Shown here one piece after another: positions 17,350-26,899 of a stretch of DNA of 32,000 nt (position 1 is its first letter; each line of letters starts with the position of its first letter). This stretch comes from Massilicoli timonensis (GTDB lineage Bacteria; Bacillota_I; Bacilli_A; Erysipelotrichales; Erysipelotrichaceae). Both the position numbers and the translations under genes were made by a program. Under the pieces are notes generated by a model, which searched no databases, had not been told where the DNA came from, and was given only the letters and a program-made list of their open reading frames with translations. Location of the stretch: NCBI RefSeq assembly GCF_900199515.1, contig NZ_LT963434.1:573272-605271 (forward strand), given 5' to 3'.

Positions 17350-19938
17350 TTAGCCTTTTGCATGATAATAGTGCTTCATGCGATGATTCTGCACAATGAT
17401 CCATAATGCACCGACGATCATCAAAACAAACACTGCGATAAATGCCAAATAACCATAGCCAGCCAGTTCATATACGCCGACCGCTCTTGCCAGCAGCATA
17501 AAGAACAGCCATTTTATTGGTACATACAGCACCAGCGCACAGACAAATGACAATAGCAGCGACAACATGACCCGCACCCAATTCCAGCTTCTGATAAAAT
17601 AGGCGGAATAGCCGACTGCCTGCATAAAATACAGCTGTTTCTTTTTATGCATATGATCTTCCGCGATATTGGCGACGATCAAGATCACCAGCAGCAGCAC
17701 CATCAAACTCATGACCGCCACCATGATCGAGAACGTTTTTTCCTGCACTTTCGCATTGGTTTCATTCAGCTGCTCTAACATCGCCGCATATGGCACATAG
17801 GAAATGCCTTCCTGCTTCAGCCACTGCTCGAAATCTTGATGCGCAACGCCTTCCTTCAGATTTACGATCGTACCGCCGCTCAGATCGCGCGTTACATCAT
17901 TCTCAGCTAAGATATAGGGTTCTATTCCATCTTCATTTCTGAAAATACTGAAAGAACTGTAACCGTTGTTCAACAAAGAATCCGTATTGCCCTTGATATA
18001 GACCGAATTGCCCCCATTGGCATAGTAGCCGTAAGGAATATCATCATAACTCAGCGTTCCTTCGTTGATGCCGCTGACAATATCATGCTCATCCGCAAAA
18101 GCAGCGCCTTTCATATCCATGATCCTTCTTGATAAGACCACCTGCATATCCTTGTAATACCAGCCGTATTCAATGATAAACATCTCCGCCTTCGATGGGT
18201 AGGTGCCCGCATGCAGATCCACAAACGGCGCCATGTCATCGTAAATACGCATCAGCTTTGCCGGATAATACAGATAAACATTGATATCATCGATCTCACC
18301 GACTTTTTCTTTATAATATTTATTTTCAGCCGACAGATAGGAGATATCCTTGGCATAGTTTTCCTGCAATGCCGCATACTGCGCTTCATTCAGCCCGCCG
18401 ATGGTATAGTCGAAATGAATGCCTACCGTCGTTTCGTTATACAGATTCGCCAAGCTTTGATAAGCATGATAAGTTAAAAGCAGACACAAGATCAAAAACG
18501 TCGATGCCAAGGTCGTACGCATCAATTTCCACTTGCTTGCGATCAGATCCCGCCATGCAAAAGCCGACAGCTGATGGCGAAAAGAAATGCGACGATGCAC
18601 ATGTCGCTGGATCGTCAGATCTTTTTCCTTCAGCGAATGGATCATATCCTGTTTCAAGAAGGAACAAAGCGTAATGATTGTAACGGCCATCAACAGCAAG
18701 CTGACGCCAACCGCCCCCGCCAGCGTAATACCGGCAATGCGCGGCGTCATTTGATAAAACGTCGATAAATACGGCATTTTATCCACACCGATCCATGCAC
18801 AAACCATATCGATGACCGCCATGATGGAAACCGCGATTCCCATTAACACCAATATTTCAAACAGATACGCATAAATGATCTGCTTGCGTTTGACACCGCT
18901 GATGTTCATCAAAGCCAGTTTTTCTTTATCCTCATCTAACTGCCGTTTCAAGAAAGCATAAAAGATAAAGAAATCGGCGATCAGCAAAGCTGCCAACAAT
19001 GTATAGCTCAAAAAGCGGAAAATGCTTTGCGACATGCTTTCCTGCATCAGCAAGGTATAAAACGGCTGGAATGAAATAAACGATCCGCCATCTACATTAT
19101 AAGTATAAAGCGTCAATAATGTCGCCTCATCCTCCATGGAATAATTTTGATAATACAGCTGAAAGGTCTCATGATACATTTCATAAGGCTCTTCGATCTC
19201 CGTGATCTTGCCGTTTTCATGAATCTCACGGATCCGAACATTTGTTTCTACCTGATGCACCTTCGCCGTATCATAGTTGATAAAGCCCCAGTAGTCATGG
19301 TCGCTCAGTTCCTCATTCGACGCTTCAAACAGCTTCAGCGTATCCTGATCTTTTTCACTTAAGACGCCGGTGCGCGGGTCCTCAAAGATCGAAACGATCT
19401 GATAATCCGCATCCTGTGCTTCTCCGCCGGATACAGCGATCCGCTCTAACTGCTTGCCGATCACATCATCAAAATCATCGCTTAATGATTTCGCATAACG
19501 CTCATTGACCGCAATCTCATTGCCTTTTAACTGATCCAGCGCCTTTCCCTTCACTACGTGATAGCGATTTCTGCCCCCTTCATTCAAATAGCCTTCCAAG
19601 ACACAATACTGTGAAGGAATCTCTTTTTCATCGATCCCTTTTTCGATCGCCGTTAAAAAATAATTATGTTCGTAATGGGCAATCAAATCAATTTCGTTGG
19701 TTTCATTAAACGTAGACAAATACTTTTCCAGCGTATAGATCGTTCTTTGGTCATTGCCGGCTGTATAAATGGTCGTATGCGGCGCTTGGATCGCATTCAT
19801 CTGATCGATCATCGTTTCATTTTTCAAAGTGATCGTCGCACTGATCTGCATCGATAAAATAGTCAGCACAAAGATAACGACCAAAATGCTGTACTGAAAG
19901 ATCCGTTTTTGATAGAGCGATTGAATGATCAGCTTCAT
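17350..19938 (-). CDS. ABC transporter permease with two FtsX/MacB-type domains (862 aa)
   Basis: Two repeats of a single TM, a large extracytoplasmic domain and a three-TM FtsX-like bundle. ATGA overlap with the upstream ATPase gene. Confidence 0.85.
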   Translation of the reverse strand: MKLIIQSLYQKRIFQYSILVVIFVLTILSMQISATITLKNETMIDQMNAIQAPHTTIYTAGNDQRTIYTLEKYLSTFNETNEIDLIAHYEHNYFLTAIEKGIDEKEIPSQYCVLEGYLNEGGRNRYHVVKGKALDQLKGNEIAVNERYAKSLSDDFDDVIGKQLERIAVSGGEAQDADYQIVSIFEDPRTGVLSEKDQDTLKLFEASNEELSDHDYWGFINYDTAKVHQVETNVRIREIHENGKITEIEEPYEMYHETFQLYYQNYSMEDEATLLTLYTYNVDGGSFISFQPFYTLLMQESMSQSIFRFLSYTLLAALLIADFFIFYAFLKRQLDEDKEKLALMNISGVKRKQIIYAYLFEILVLMGIAVSIMAVIDMVCAWIGVDKMPYLSTFYQMTPRIAGITLAGAVGVSLLLMAVTIITLCSFLKQDMIHSLKEKDLTIQRHVHRRISFRHQLSAFAWRDLIASKWKLMRTTLASTFLILCLLLTYHAYQSLANLYNETTVGIHFDYTIGGLNEAQYAALQENYAKDISYLSAENKYYKEKVGEIDDINVYLYYPAKLMRIYDDMAPFVDLHAGTYPSKAEMFIIEYGWYYKDMQVVLSRRIMDMKGAAFADEHDIVSGINEGTLSYDDIPYGYYANGGNSVYIKGNTDSLLNNGYSSFSIFRNEDGIEPYILAENDVTRDLSGGTIVNLKEGVAHQDFEQWLKQEGISYVPYAAMLEQLNETNAKVQEKTFSIMVAVMSLMVLLLVILIVANIAEDHMHKKKQLYFMQAVGYSAYFIRSWNWVRVMLSLLLSFVCALVLYVPIKWLFFMLLARAVGVYELAGYGYLAFIAVFVLMIVGALWIIVQNHRMKHYYHAKG

Positions 19939-20654
19939 ACTTTATCCACCAGTCCTTGGATCACCTTTGTCTTATCCGGCAGCGTTCCCTCTAAATATTT
20001 ATCATCTAAAAAGCAGCCCTTATCCATCACCAGGATACGGTTCCCATACGCCCCGATACCGGCACTGTGCGTTACCATCAGGATCGTCTGCCCTTTTTGA
20101 TTCAATTCCGCAAAGATTTCCATGATTTCTTTAGCGCTGTACTTGTCTAAAGAAGCGGTCGGTTCATCCGCAAATAAGATCGCCGGATCATTCATCATCG
20201 CTCTGGCGATTGCCACTCTCTGTTTTTCTCCGCCTGATACATGCGCCGGATATTTATCCGCAAGATGCTCGATGCGCATCTGCTTTAACAGCGACATCGC
20301 TTTTTCATAACCGTCTTTTGCATAAAGCAGCCTTGTCATCGCTACATTTTCCAAGATCGTTAAGTTGTCGATCATATAGTTATCCTGAAAAATAAAGCCG
20401 AACTGATGTAAACGGATCGCTTCCATCTCTTTTCGCGTGGCCTGACTCAAATCTTTCCCATCTAATAAGATCTCCCCATCGCTCGCTTTCAACAATCCGC
20501 TGATGCAGTTGAGAAATGTCGATTTCCCACATCCGCTTTCTCCCATGATCACTGTAAACTCTCCATCATGGATCGTCAGCGAAATATCTTCCAGTACCGG
20601 AATTTCTTGCTTTTCGATCCGGTATGCCTTTTTCAAATGTTTTACTTCAATCAA
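19935..20654 (-). CDS. ABC transporter ATP-binding protein (MacB/LolD-like)
   Basis: Walker A GESGCGKST, signature VSGGEKQRV, Walker B ILFADEPT. TTG start 6 nt after GAGGAGGG. Confidence 0.9.
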   Translation of the reverse strand: MIEVKHLKKAYRIEKQEIPVLEDISLTIHDGEFTVIMGESGCGKSTFLNCISGLLKASDGEILLDGKDLSQATRKEMEAIRLHQFGFIFQDNYMIDNLTILENVAMTRLLYAKDGYEKAMSLLKQMRIEHLADKYPAHVSGGEKQRVAIARAMMNDPAILFADEPTASLDKYSAKEIMEIFAELNQKGQTILMVTHSAGIGAYGNRILVMDKGCFLDDKYLEGTLPDKTKVIQGLVDKV

Positions 20655-20697
20655 GCTGAACCCTCCTCACCTCGCACATAATGTGTCGACTGGTTCT

Positions 20698-20726
20698 AGT
20701 CTACACCCATTCTAGGGAAATGTAAA
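20698..20726 (-). promoter_or_regulatory. Promoter candidate for the ABC operon
   Basis: Minus strand reads TTTACA, 17 nt, TAGACT. Two TTCTAG hexamers (20694-20699 and 20710-20715) sit on or next to the -10 and spacer. Confidence 0.4.
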
Positions 20727-20761
20727 TTGCTTTCTGAAAATAACTTAAGGTTTTTCTCTTT

Positions 20762-21514
20762 TTATTCATATTCCGCTTTCAAACGTTCTGCGACTTCACC
20801 AAGCACTTTGCCGATCGGCTCATGAATGACCAACTGGGCAAGATGATCCGCACTTGTTTCATCACGATTGATCAAAACCAGATGTTTGCCCTTAAAATAG
20901 CGCAGTAAGCCGGCTGCCGGATAAACGACCAAAGACGTTCCGCCGACGATCAACAGATCTGCCTGTGCAATTTCCCGCACCGCTGCTTCCCACACATCCT
21001 GATCCAACCCTTCGCCATATAATACGACCTCCGGCTTGATGATCGAGGAACAATGACAGCAGCGAGGAATCTGACCGCGTTGTGCATACACCTCTTCTAG
21101 CGTATAGAAAGCATGGCAGTGCATACAACGATTGCGATGCACGCTTCCATGCAGCTCTAATACCTTTTTACTTCCTGCTTTCTGATGCAGGCTATCAATA
21201 TTCTGCGTGATGATCGCGCTTAGCTTTCCGCTTTCCTCTAAATAAGCCAGCGCCTTGTGCGCCGCGTTGGGAAGCGCATGAGGATAGATCATCTCATGAA
21301 AATAATAGTCGTAAAACGTCTGCGTATGCGCCATGAAAAAATCATGAGAAAGCATGACCTCAGCCGGATAAGGATATTTGTTCTGCTGATAAAGACCGTC
21401 GCTGCTGCGAAAATCCGGTATGTCGCTTTCCGTAGAAACCCCGGCACCGCCGAAAAATACGATGCGTTTTGCTTCTTTTATCCATTTGCATAATTGCTTG
21501 CTTTCTGCTTTCAT
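20762..21514 (-). CDS. cobB: NAD-dependent protein deacylase (Sir2/CobB family)
   Basis: GAGVSTESDIPDFRS, TQNIDSLH, and the Zn-ribbon cysteines CMHC...CCHC. Start placed at ATG 21514 after AAGGGTGA (the track starts at GTG 21523). Confidence 0.85.
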   Translation of the reverse strand: MKAESKQLCKWIKEAKRIVFFGGAGVSTESDIPDFRSSDGLYQQNKYPYPAEVMLSHDFFMAHTQTFYDYYFHEMIYPHALPNAAHKALAYLEESGKLSAIITQNIDSLHQKAGSKKVLELHGSVHRNRCMHCHAFYTLEEVYAQRGQIPRCCHCSSIIKPEVVLYGEGLDQDVWEAAVREIAQADLLIVGGTSLVVYPAAGLLRYFKGKHLVLINRDETSADHLAQLVIHEPIGKVLGEVAERLKAEYE

Positions 21515-21545
21515 CGTTTTCACCCTTTCTGTTCCTTGCCTTTTT

Positions 21546-21572
21546 GAAAAAAGGACCGATGCCGATCAGTCC
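21546..21572 (-). terminator. Terminator overlapping the stop codon of the 277-aa gene
   Basis: Minus strand reads GGACTGAT-CGGC-ATCGGTCC followed by TTTTTT. The hairpin contains the TGA stop at 21566-21568. Confidence 0.6.
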
Positions 21573-22390
21573 TTTGTTGACGCTTCCTCATTTGGCGTAT
21601 CGCTTTCTTCCTGATCCGGATCTTGGTGATCATCGCCTTCACTGCTTTCCACCCGCTCATAAACAAATTCTACCCGGTCATTGAAGCTCTGTGCGACCTG
21701 TTCAAATACATAGCGCACATCAAAGCCATACGATCCGCTCGCAAGTCCTTCCGCACGAATGCGATAAGTCGCGGCCGCATTCACATAAATGCCCTCTTTG
21801 CCCTCCTGCACATTCGATACAAACTCCACCTGCCATGCAGCGCTGCCGCTGTTCATCAGATACAGCTTCGGCACCTCGATGGCATCATTTTCATAATATT
21901 TATAATGGAAGGTTACCTCCACCCCGTCATCAATATGCGTGATCTCCTGTCTTGGGCTTAAGATCTTCGGTATCTGCACCTGCACATTTTTGCTTAACAC
22001 CTCTCCATTATCCAAAGTCGCCTGCAAAGTGAAAGGCACATTTCCATAAAACTGATAGACGCCCAAAGGCATCTCAAAGTAATTCAAAGAAGTGACATCC
22101 GCTAACTTGTTTTCATTGCAATACAGCTCCAGCGCACTCACTTTTGCTTCGCCCTGGGTAATCGTCCAAGATACTCTCACCGTATTGCCGCTCTTGAAAT
22201 CCGCGCTCAAATAAGAAATCTCGGTCGCTGTTTCGCTCTCCTTTGGCGGCGTCGGCGTCGGATCGCTTTGTGTTTCCTTCGGCGAAGATGTCAATAAGTG
22301 ATAAATGCCCAATCCCAAAGTAACACATACGATAATCGAAAGTAAAAGAACAAACATGAAATTCTGTTTCAAAAACTTCGTTACTTTCAA
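21566..22390 (-). CDS. Single-pass membrane-anchored protein with beta-rich ectodomain and acidic C-terminal tail, function unknown
   Basis: TM segment FMFVLLLSIIVCVTLGLGIY, a Pro/Thr linker, then about 200 aa of beta-type sequence ending in SSEGDDHQDPDQEESDTPNEE. The start is uncertain: TTG 22399 abuts GGAGG, and TTG 22390 has 9-nt spacing. Confidence 0.55.
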   Translation of the reverse strand: MKVTKFLKQNFMFVLLLSIIVCVTLGLGIYHLLTSSPKETQSDPTPTPPKESETATEISYLSADFKSGNTVRVSWTITQGEAKVSALELYCNENKLADVTSLNYFEMPLGVYQFYGNVPFTLQATLDNGEVLSKNVQVQIPKILSPRQEITHIDDGVEVTFHYKYYENDAIEVPKLYLMNSGSAAWQVEFVSNVQEGKEGIYVNAAATYRIRAEGLASGSYGFDVRYVFEQVAQSFNDRVEFVYERVESSEGDDHQDPDQEESDTPNEEASTKD

Positions 22391-22496
22391 TCTGATCAAC
22401 CTCCGCTTCTTTTACCATTATACTGTTTTTTCTTTTATAACTCCATAGAAAAAAACAATTTATTCCCAAAAGCCTTTTTCTTAGCATGGCCATAGA

Positions 22497-22533
22497 TAAA
22501 AAAAAGATACCGGACTTGCCTGATCCCGTATCT
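22497..22533 (-). terminator. Terminator of the metNIQ operon
   Basis: Minus strand reads AGATACGG...CCGGTATCT stem followed by TTTTTTTT. Confidence 0.65.
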
Positions 22534-22546
22534 TTCTTTTACTTGC

Positions 22547-23359
22547 TTATTTGCTTGGCACAACGGTTCCGTTAAAAGTATCGTTGATATACTGCTGGGT
22601 CTTCTCGCTTTTTAAGATTTCCACCAGCTTCTTGACGTTTTCATTGTCTTTGTCTTCCTTGCGCACCGCTACGATATTGGCATATGTGATGGCCGCTTCA
22701 TCTTCTTTATCTTCGGTTACGATTACTTTATCGATGATATCGGCGTCCAGTGCATAATTGCCGTTGATGACCGCAAAAGTGACAGATTCCAGCTGACGCG
22801 GCAGCTGAGATGCTTCAATTTCCTGAATATCGACATTCTTCGGATTTTCCACGATATCCAGTTTTGTGGCTTTGACGCCTACTCCCTCTTTCAGTTTGAT
22901 GATGCCGTATTTTTCTAACAGGAGCAGTGCCCGCGCTTCATTGGTCGCATCATTTGGCACGGCGATGACATCGCCTTCATTTACATCATCTAATGAAATC
23001 GACGTTTTGCCTGCCGGATCCATCGCATAGATGCCAAGAGGCTCATAGTGGATCGCTCCTACGGAAACCAGATCACTGCCGGCATCTTCATTATAGCCGT
23101 TCAGATAAACTTCATGCTGGAAATAGTTGGCGTCCAAGCTGCCTTCATCAAGCGCCGCATTGATCTTCGTATAATCAGTAAATTCTTTGATTTCCAACTG
23201 GATGCCTTCCGCTTCCAGATCATCCTGCACAAACTTTAAGATCTGTGCGTGCGGAGCCGTCGTAGCGCCGACAACCAACGTATTTTCATCCTTTTCCTCA
23301 CTTCCGCATCCACTTAACACAAGCAGGGCGCATAATGCACCAAATACAAATTTTTTCAT
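22547..23359 (-). CDS. metQ: Methionine ABC transporter substrate-binding lipoprotein (MetQ/NlpA family)
   Basis: Lipobox LLVLSGCGS, NlpA-like sequence, and operon context with metI/metN. Confidence 0.9.
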   Translation of the reverse strand: MKKFVFGALCALLVLSGCGSEEKDENTLVVGATTAPHAQILKFVQDDLEAEGIQLEIKEFTDYTKINAALDEGSLDANYFQHEVYLNGYNEDAGSDLVSVGAIHYEPLGIYAMDPAGKTSISLDDVNEGDVIAVPNDATNEARALLLLEKYGIIKLKEGVGVKATKLDIVENPKNVDIQEIEASQLPRQLESVTFAVINGNYALDADIIDKVIVTEDKEDEAAITYANIVAVRKEDKDNENVKKLVEILKSEKTQQYINDTFNGTVVPSK

Positions 23360-23372
23360 CTTTCCTTCCTCC

Positions 23373-24044
23373 TTAATGTGTTGTCTTTTTTATGATTAGA
23401 TCGCCGATCACCTGAATCAGGGAGACGATAATCAATATAATGATGACGATGACAAGCGTGACATCATCCATGTAGCGGTTATAGCCATAGCGAATCGCCA
23501 TATCGCCTAAGCCGCCGGCACCGATCGCACCGGCAATGGCCGTTAAGCCGACCAATGAGATCAAAGTGATCGTAACCGCTCTTACCAGACTTGGTACGCT
23601 TTCCCTTAAATAAACACGGGTAATGATATCCCAAGTCGATAGTCCCATTGCCTGACTGGCTTCGATCAAACCGCTGTCAACTTCCCGAAATGCACTTTCG
23701 ATCTGGCGGGCAAAAAAGGGAATCGTGCCTAAGATCAAAGCCGGATAGGCGCCTTTTACACCGATCGAAGTACCCATGATCAGGCGGGTCGGACTCGCCA
23801 TGACCGCGATCAGGATCACAAAAGGGATCGAACGGAATAAATTGATAAACAGATCGACAATATTAAATAAGATGCGATTTGGCTTAATACCGTCCTTGCG
23901 GCTGACCACTACGCTCATCGCCAGTACCAGGCCTACCAAAAACGCGATCACGCCCGGGATAAAAATCATCTTTAATGTATCGATGATCGCTGTGGGAATT
24001 TCCCCTGCGATCTGACATACATTTGGAAAATACTGTTCTAACAT
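23373..24044 (-). CDS. metI: Methionine ABC transporter permease
   Basis: MetI-like five-TM permease with the EAA-loop region (IEASQAMGLSTWDII). Confidence 0.9.
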   Translation of the reverse strand: MLEQYFPNVCQIAGEIPTAIIDTLKMIFIPGVIAFLVGLVLAMSVVVSRKDGIKPNRILFNIVDLFINLFRSIPFVILIAVMASPTRLIMGTSIGVKGAYPALILGTIPFFARQIESAFREVDSGLIEASQAMGLSTWDIITRVYLRESVPSLVRAVTITLISLVGLTAIAGAIGAGGLGDMAIRYGYNRYMDDVTLVIVIIILIIVSLIQVIGDLIIKKTTH

Positions 24045-25072
24045 GATCGAATCACCTCTACTTCCACCCCTTTTTCATGCAGACACTGCATCGCATGCGT
24101 AATACCGACGCTGGAGCCTGAAAACACCACGACCAGCGAACCGATCGGCTTGTCTTTTAATACTTCGATATTGCCGAAGATAATATTGGAATCCACTCCG
24201 TATTCTCTTGAAATCTTGGAAATGAGCGCCTGTGAGGTATTGTCCGCATTGTAGCGAAGCATTGCCATCGTTTCCCCGCTTTTTAGTTCTGTCAAAGGAT
24301 TGCCTTCCTCGATCAGCGTATAAATGCGATTGACCGAAGCTGCCATATTGACAAAATCCTGTGTCATCTTCTCCTTTGGCTTTGCGAAAATATCGACGAT
24401 GCTTCCGGTTTCGACGATCACACCGTTTTCCATGACCGCCACTTCATCACAGATCTCTTTGATGACCGCCATTTCATGCGTGATGATGACGATCGTAATG
24501 CCGGTCTTGCGATTGATATCCTTTAACAGTGCAAGAATCGAATGCGTGATCTGCGGGTCAAGGGCGCTGGTCGCTTCATCACAGAGCAGAACGCTTGGAT
24601 CACACGCCAATGCTCTGGCGATCGCCACCCGTTGTTTCTGTCCACCGGAGAGCTGCGAAGGATAGGCATATTTTTTATCCGCAAGGCCGACCAAGGCAAG
24701 CAGATCGTTTACCTTCGTTTCGACCTGCTGCTTCGATAACTTCTCATGCTTGAGCGGAAACGCGACGTTATCGAACACATTGCGCTGCCGCAGCAGATTA
24801 AAATGCTGAAAGATCATGCCCATTTTCCGCCTTTTTTCTCTAAGCTGCTTGGCATTTAACGTCATCAGATCCTCCCCATCTACCCAAACCTTCCCCGCGC
24901 TTGGCCGCTCCAGCAGATTCATGCAGCGAATCAGCGTGCTTTTCCCGGCGCCGCTGTAACCGATGATGCCAAAGATCTTGCCCTTTTCAATCGTCAGCGA
25001 CACATCTTTTAACGCTTCCACACTGCCATGCTTGCTGGTAAATGTTTTTGATACATGCTCTAAGCGAATCAT
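24038..25072 (-). CDS. metN: Methionine ABC transporter ATP-binding protein with C-terminal NIL domain
   Basis: Walker A GYSGAGKST, LSGGQKQRV, LLCDEATSALD, plus a C-terminal regulatory domain of about 100 aa. ATG 25072 (MIRLEHVSKTF) is better spaced from the RBS than ATG 25078. Confidence 0.9.
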   Translation of the reverse strand: MIRLEHVSKTFTSKHGSVEALKDVSLTIEKGKIFGIIGYSGAGKSTLIRCMNLLERPSAGKVWVDGEDLMTLNAKQLREKRRKMGMIFQHFNLLRQRNVFDNVAFPLKHEKLSKQQVETKVNDLLALVGLADKKYAYPSQLSGGQKQRVAIARALACDPSVLLCDEATSALDPQITHSILALLKDINRKTGITIVIITHEMAVIKEICDEVAVMENGVIVETGSIVDIFAKPKEKMTQDFVNMAASVNRIYTLIEEGNPLTELKSGETMAMLRYNADNTSQALISKISREYGVDSNIIFGNIEVLKDKPIGSLVVVFSGSSVGITHAMQCLHEKGVEVEVIRSC

Positions 25073-25093
25073 ATCCATTCCCCTTTCCTTTAC

Positions 25094-25367
25094 AAAAAAA
25101 GACCTTCATCACTAAGGACGAAAGTCTGACTTCGTGTTACCACCTTATTTCACCGCTTCCTCACAGAAACAGCCTCATCAAGTACGCCGGCATGCCGGTT
25201 ATACTCTGTCGCTTTAACGGGCGAACCCGTCATAGTCTCAAGCATGCGCATTCGACTACGCAACTCCGGAACCATCTTCAACAAGTATCTGCTTTATGTG
25301 CTTGCACCAAATGCACACTCTCTGTAAAAACTGTCCTTGCCTACTTTTTCCTTCACAGTCTTTCAAT
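25094..25367 (-). promoter_or_regulatory. T-box leader (tRNA-sensing riboswitch), probable Met specifier
   Basis: Minus strand shows AGTA, the AGAGAG bulge and the TGGTGCAAG distal loop of Stem I, and a specifier loop GAAGATGG (ATG followed by a purine). The T-box sequence is AAGGTGGTAACACGAAG, and the terminator is GACTTTCGTCCTTAGTGATGAAGGTC plus T7. Confidence 0.8.
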
Positions 25368-25373
25368 GACCAT

Positions 25374-25402
25374 ATCTTACTCTACTTTAGAAAAGATGTC
25401 AA
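25374..25402 (-). promoter_or_regulatory. Sigma-A promoter of the T-box-metNIQ unit
   Basis: Minus strand reads TTGACA, 17 nt, TAAGAT. Confidence 0.55.
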
Positions 25403-25500
25403 TGCAAAGATGAAAAAATATTCATGAAACTTTTTTCAATAAATCACGCATTCCGCTGTCTGCCTGTTTCCGCTCAGCTCGCCATAGCCTGATCAAATGA

Positions 25501-25983
25501 TCAAAGCCGTTCATTTCCATTAAAGCGATATTTCATATGATAGCTTTTGCCGACCGTATCATCATCAAAATATTCACTGTAGCACAATGCGAATTTCTTT
25601 ACTTTTTTCGGGATGATAAAGACCAGCTTGCCCTTTCGCTGTTCCCCGGGGAGCAGCGTGTACTCATCGGGAAACTGTCCGTTTAAGCCAAACGCTTCCT
25701 CCGCTTCATAGGCTTCCATCTGATCGCAGCGAATCAACAGATCATCCTGATACATGCGAAAGGGCCGGCCGCTGATATTGGTGATCGTCATGTCGATGAT
25801 CAGATACTGCGCCCGATCTTCGATCACATAGCCCATCAGCTTTTTCTCCACGATTTCCATATGATGAATTTTCAGATCGAAAAACTGGGTCTGGATCTCA
25901 TTTTTCATGGCGGGATTCGGACAATAGTCATTGAGCAGGATCAAGTCCTTTCCACCGCCTGCTTTCTGTTTATATAATTCCAT
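25501..25983 (-). CDS. DUF4352-like (Ig-like fold) hypothetical protein without signal peptide (160 aa)
   Basis: AAAGGAGTGA RBS precedes ATG 25983 (MELYKQK...). The pattern LIIDMTITNISGRPF...LLPGEQRKGKLVFIIPKK resembles DUF4352. Confidence 0.5.
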   Translation of the reverse strand: MELYKQKAGGGKDLILLNDYCPNPAMKNEIQTQFFDLKIHHMEIVEKKLMGYVIEDRAQYLIIDMTITNISGRPFRMYQDDLLIRCDQMEAYEAEEAFGLNGQFPDEYTLLPGEQRKGKLVFIIPKKVKKFALCYSEYFDDDTVGKSYHMKYRFNGNERL

Positions 25984-26122
25984 ATCATCACTCCTTTCTT
26001 GCTCTATCGTACTAAAAAAAACAGAGGAATCCTGTTGAATCATGTCGGCTTCCCCGCTTTGCGATGTGAATTGTATTTCCTTTCAAAACAAGCTATAATG
26101 AAACAAAAGGAAGTGATGTTTG

Positions 26123-26899
26123 ATGTTTGCCTTTTTACGCCGCAAAAGCGAACCGGCTGCCGAAGTAAAAAAAGTGCTGCTGACGATTCATGGCTATGGA
26201 CGCAGAAGAAGCCGTGAATTTGATAACCTTGCCCTTTGGGGCAGTGAAGACCAGATGGAGATCATCCAGTTTGACCTGTTCGATCTCTATGATGAAAAAG
26301 ACAATGACTGGATGCTTTGGGCCGCAAGAGCGAAAAAGACCTGTGAAGATTATATCCGCAAGGGCTATGTCGTCGATGTCGTCGGCTTTTCCATGGGCGG
26401 CGTCATTGCCGCTTATGTGGCAGCCACCTGTGAAGTGCATCGGCTGATCTTATTGGCGCCGGCCTTTCATTATTTGAATTTTGATAAGATCTATACGGCG
26501 ATCACCAAGCAGGCAAGCCGCTTTTTCAGCAGTGAAGAAAATAAAAGCAGCAGTGAGATCGTCCTGCCGGCTTCTTTTGACAATACGTTTGCCAGCATTG
26601 TCAAGGGATTAAAGAAATATATCGCACATGTGCAGTGCCCGGTATTGTTGCTGCATGGTGATCAGGATGAGGTCATTGCGGTGCGCAGTTCGATCTGGGC
26701 ATATGAACAGATCCCACATGCGCGAAAACAGCTGTTTTTACTGCATGGTGGGACGCACCGGCTGCTTATGGATCCGCAGGTCGGATACAGCGCTTATCAG
26801 CTGATCTGCGCTTTTGTTGCGGGCAAGCTCATTCCGGATCGGGAAATTACCTTCGCTCCTGATCCATTAGCGGAAATGTGCAAGGAGGAAGAACAATGA
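26123..26899 (+). CDS. Alpha/beta-fold hydrolase (esterase/lipase-like)
   Basis: Nucleophile elbow GFSMGG, with a later D and H (LLHGDQDEV, GGTHRL) consistent with a Ser-Asp-His triad. Confidence 0.8.
   Translation: MFAFLRRKSEPAAEVKKVLLTIHGYGRRRSREFDNLALWGSEDQMEIIQFDLFDLYDEKDNDWMLWAARAKKTCEDYIRKGYVVDVVGFSMGGVIAAYVAATCEVHRLILLAPAFHYLNFDKIYTAITKQASRFFSSEENKSSSEIVLPASFDNTFASIVKGLKKYIAHVQCPVLLLHGDQDEVIAVRSSIWAYEQIPHARKQLFLLHGGTHRLLMDPQVGYSAYQLICAFVAGKLIPDREITFAPDPLAEMCKEEEQ

Noticed and set aside
20762-21514. The Sir2-domain protein as a possible anti-phage (Thoeris, DSR or pAgo-associated) NADase
   Set aside because: It is a short canonical sirtuin with the GAGVSxxSGIPDFRS-type NAD pocket and a four-Cys zinc ribbon. 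It has no fused sensor or effector domain and no defence-type neighbour, so the housekeeping CobB-type deacylase is the simpler call.
25042-25413. A 123-aa plus-strand ORF
   Set aside because: It covers the T-box leader of metN on the opposite strand. The RNA elements account for the region.
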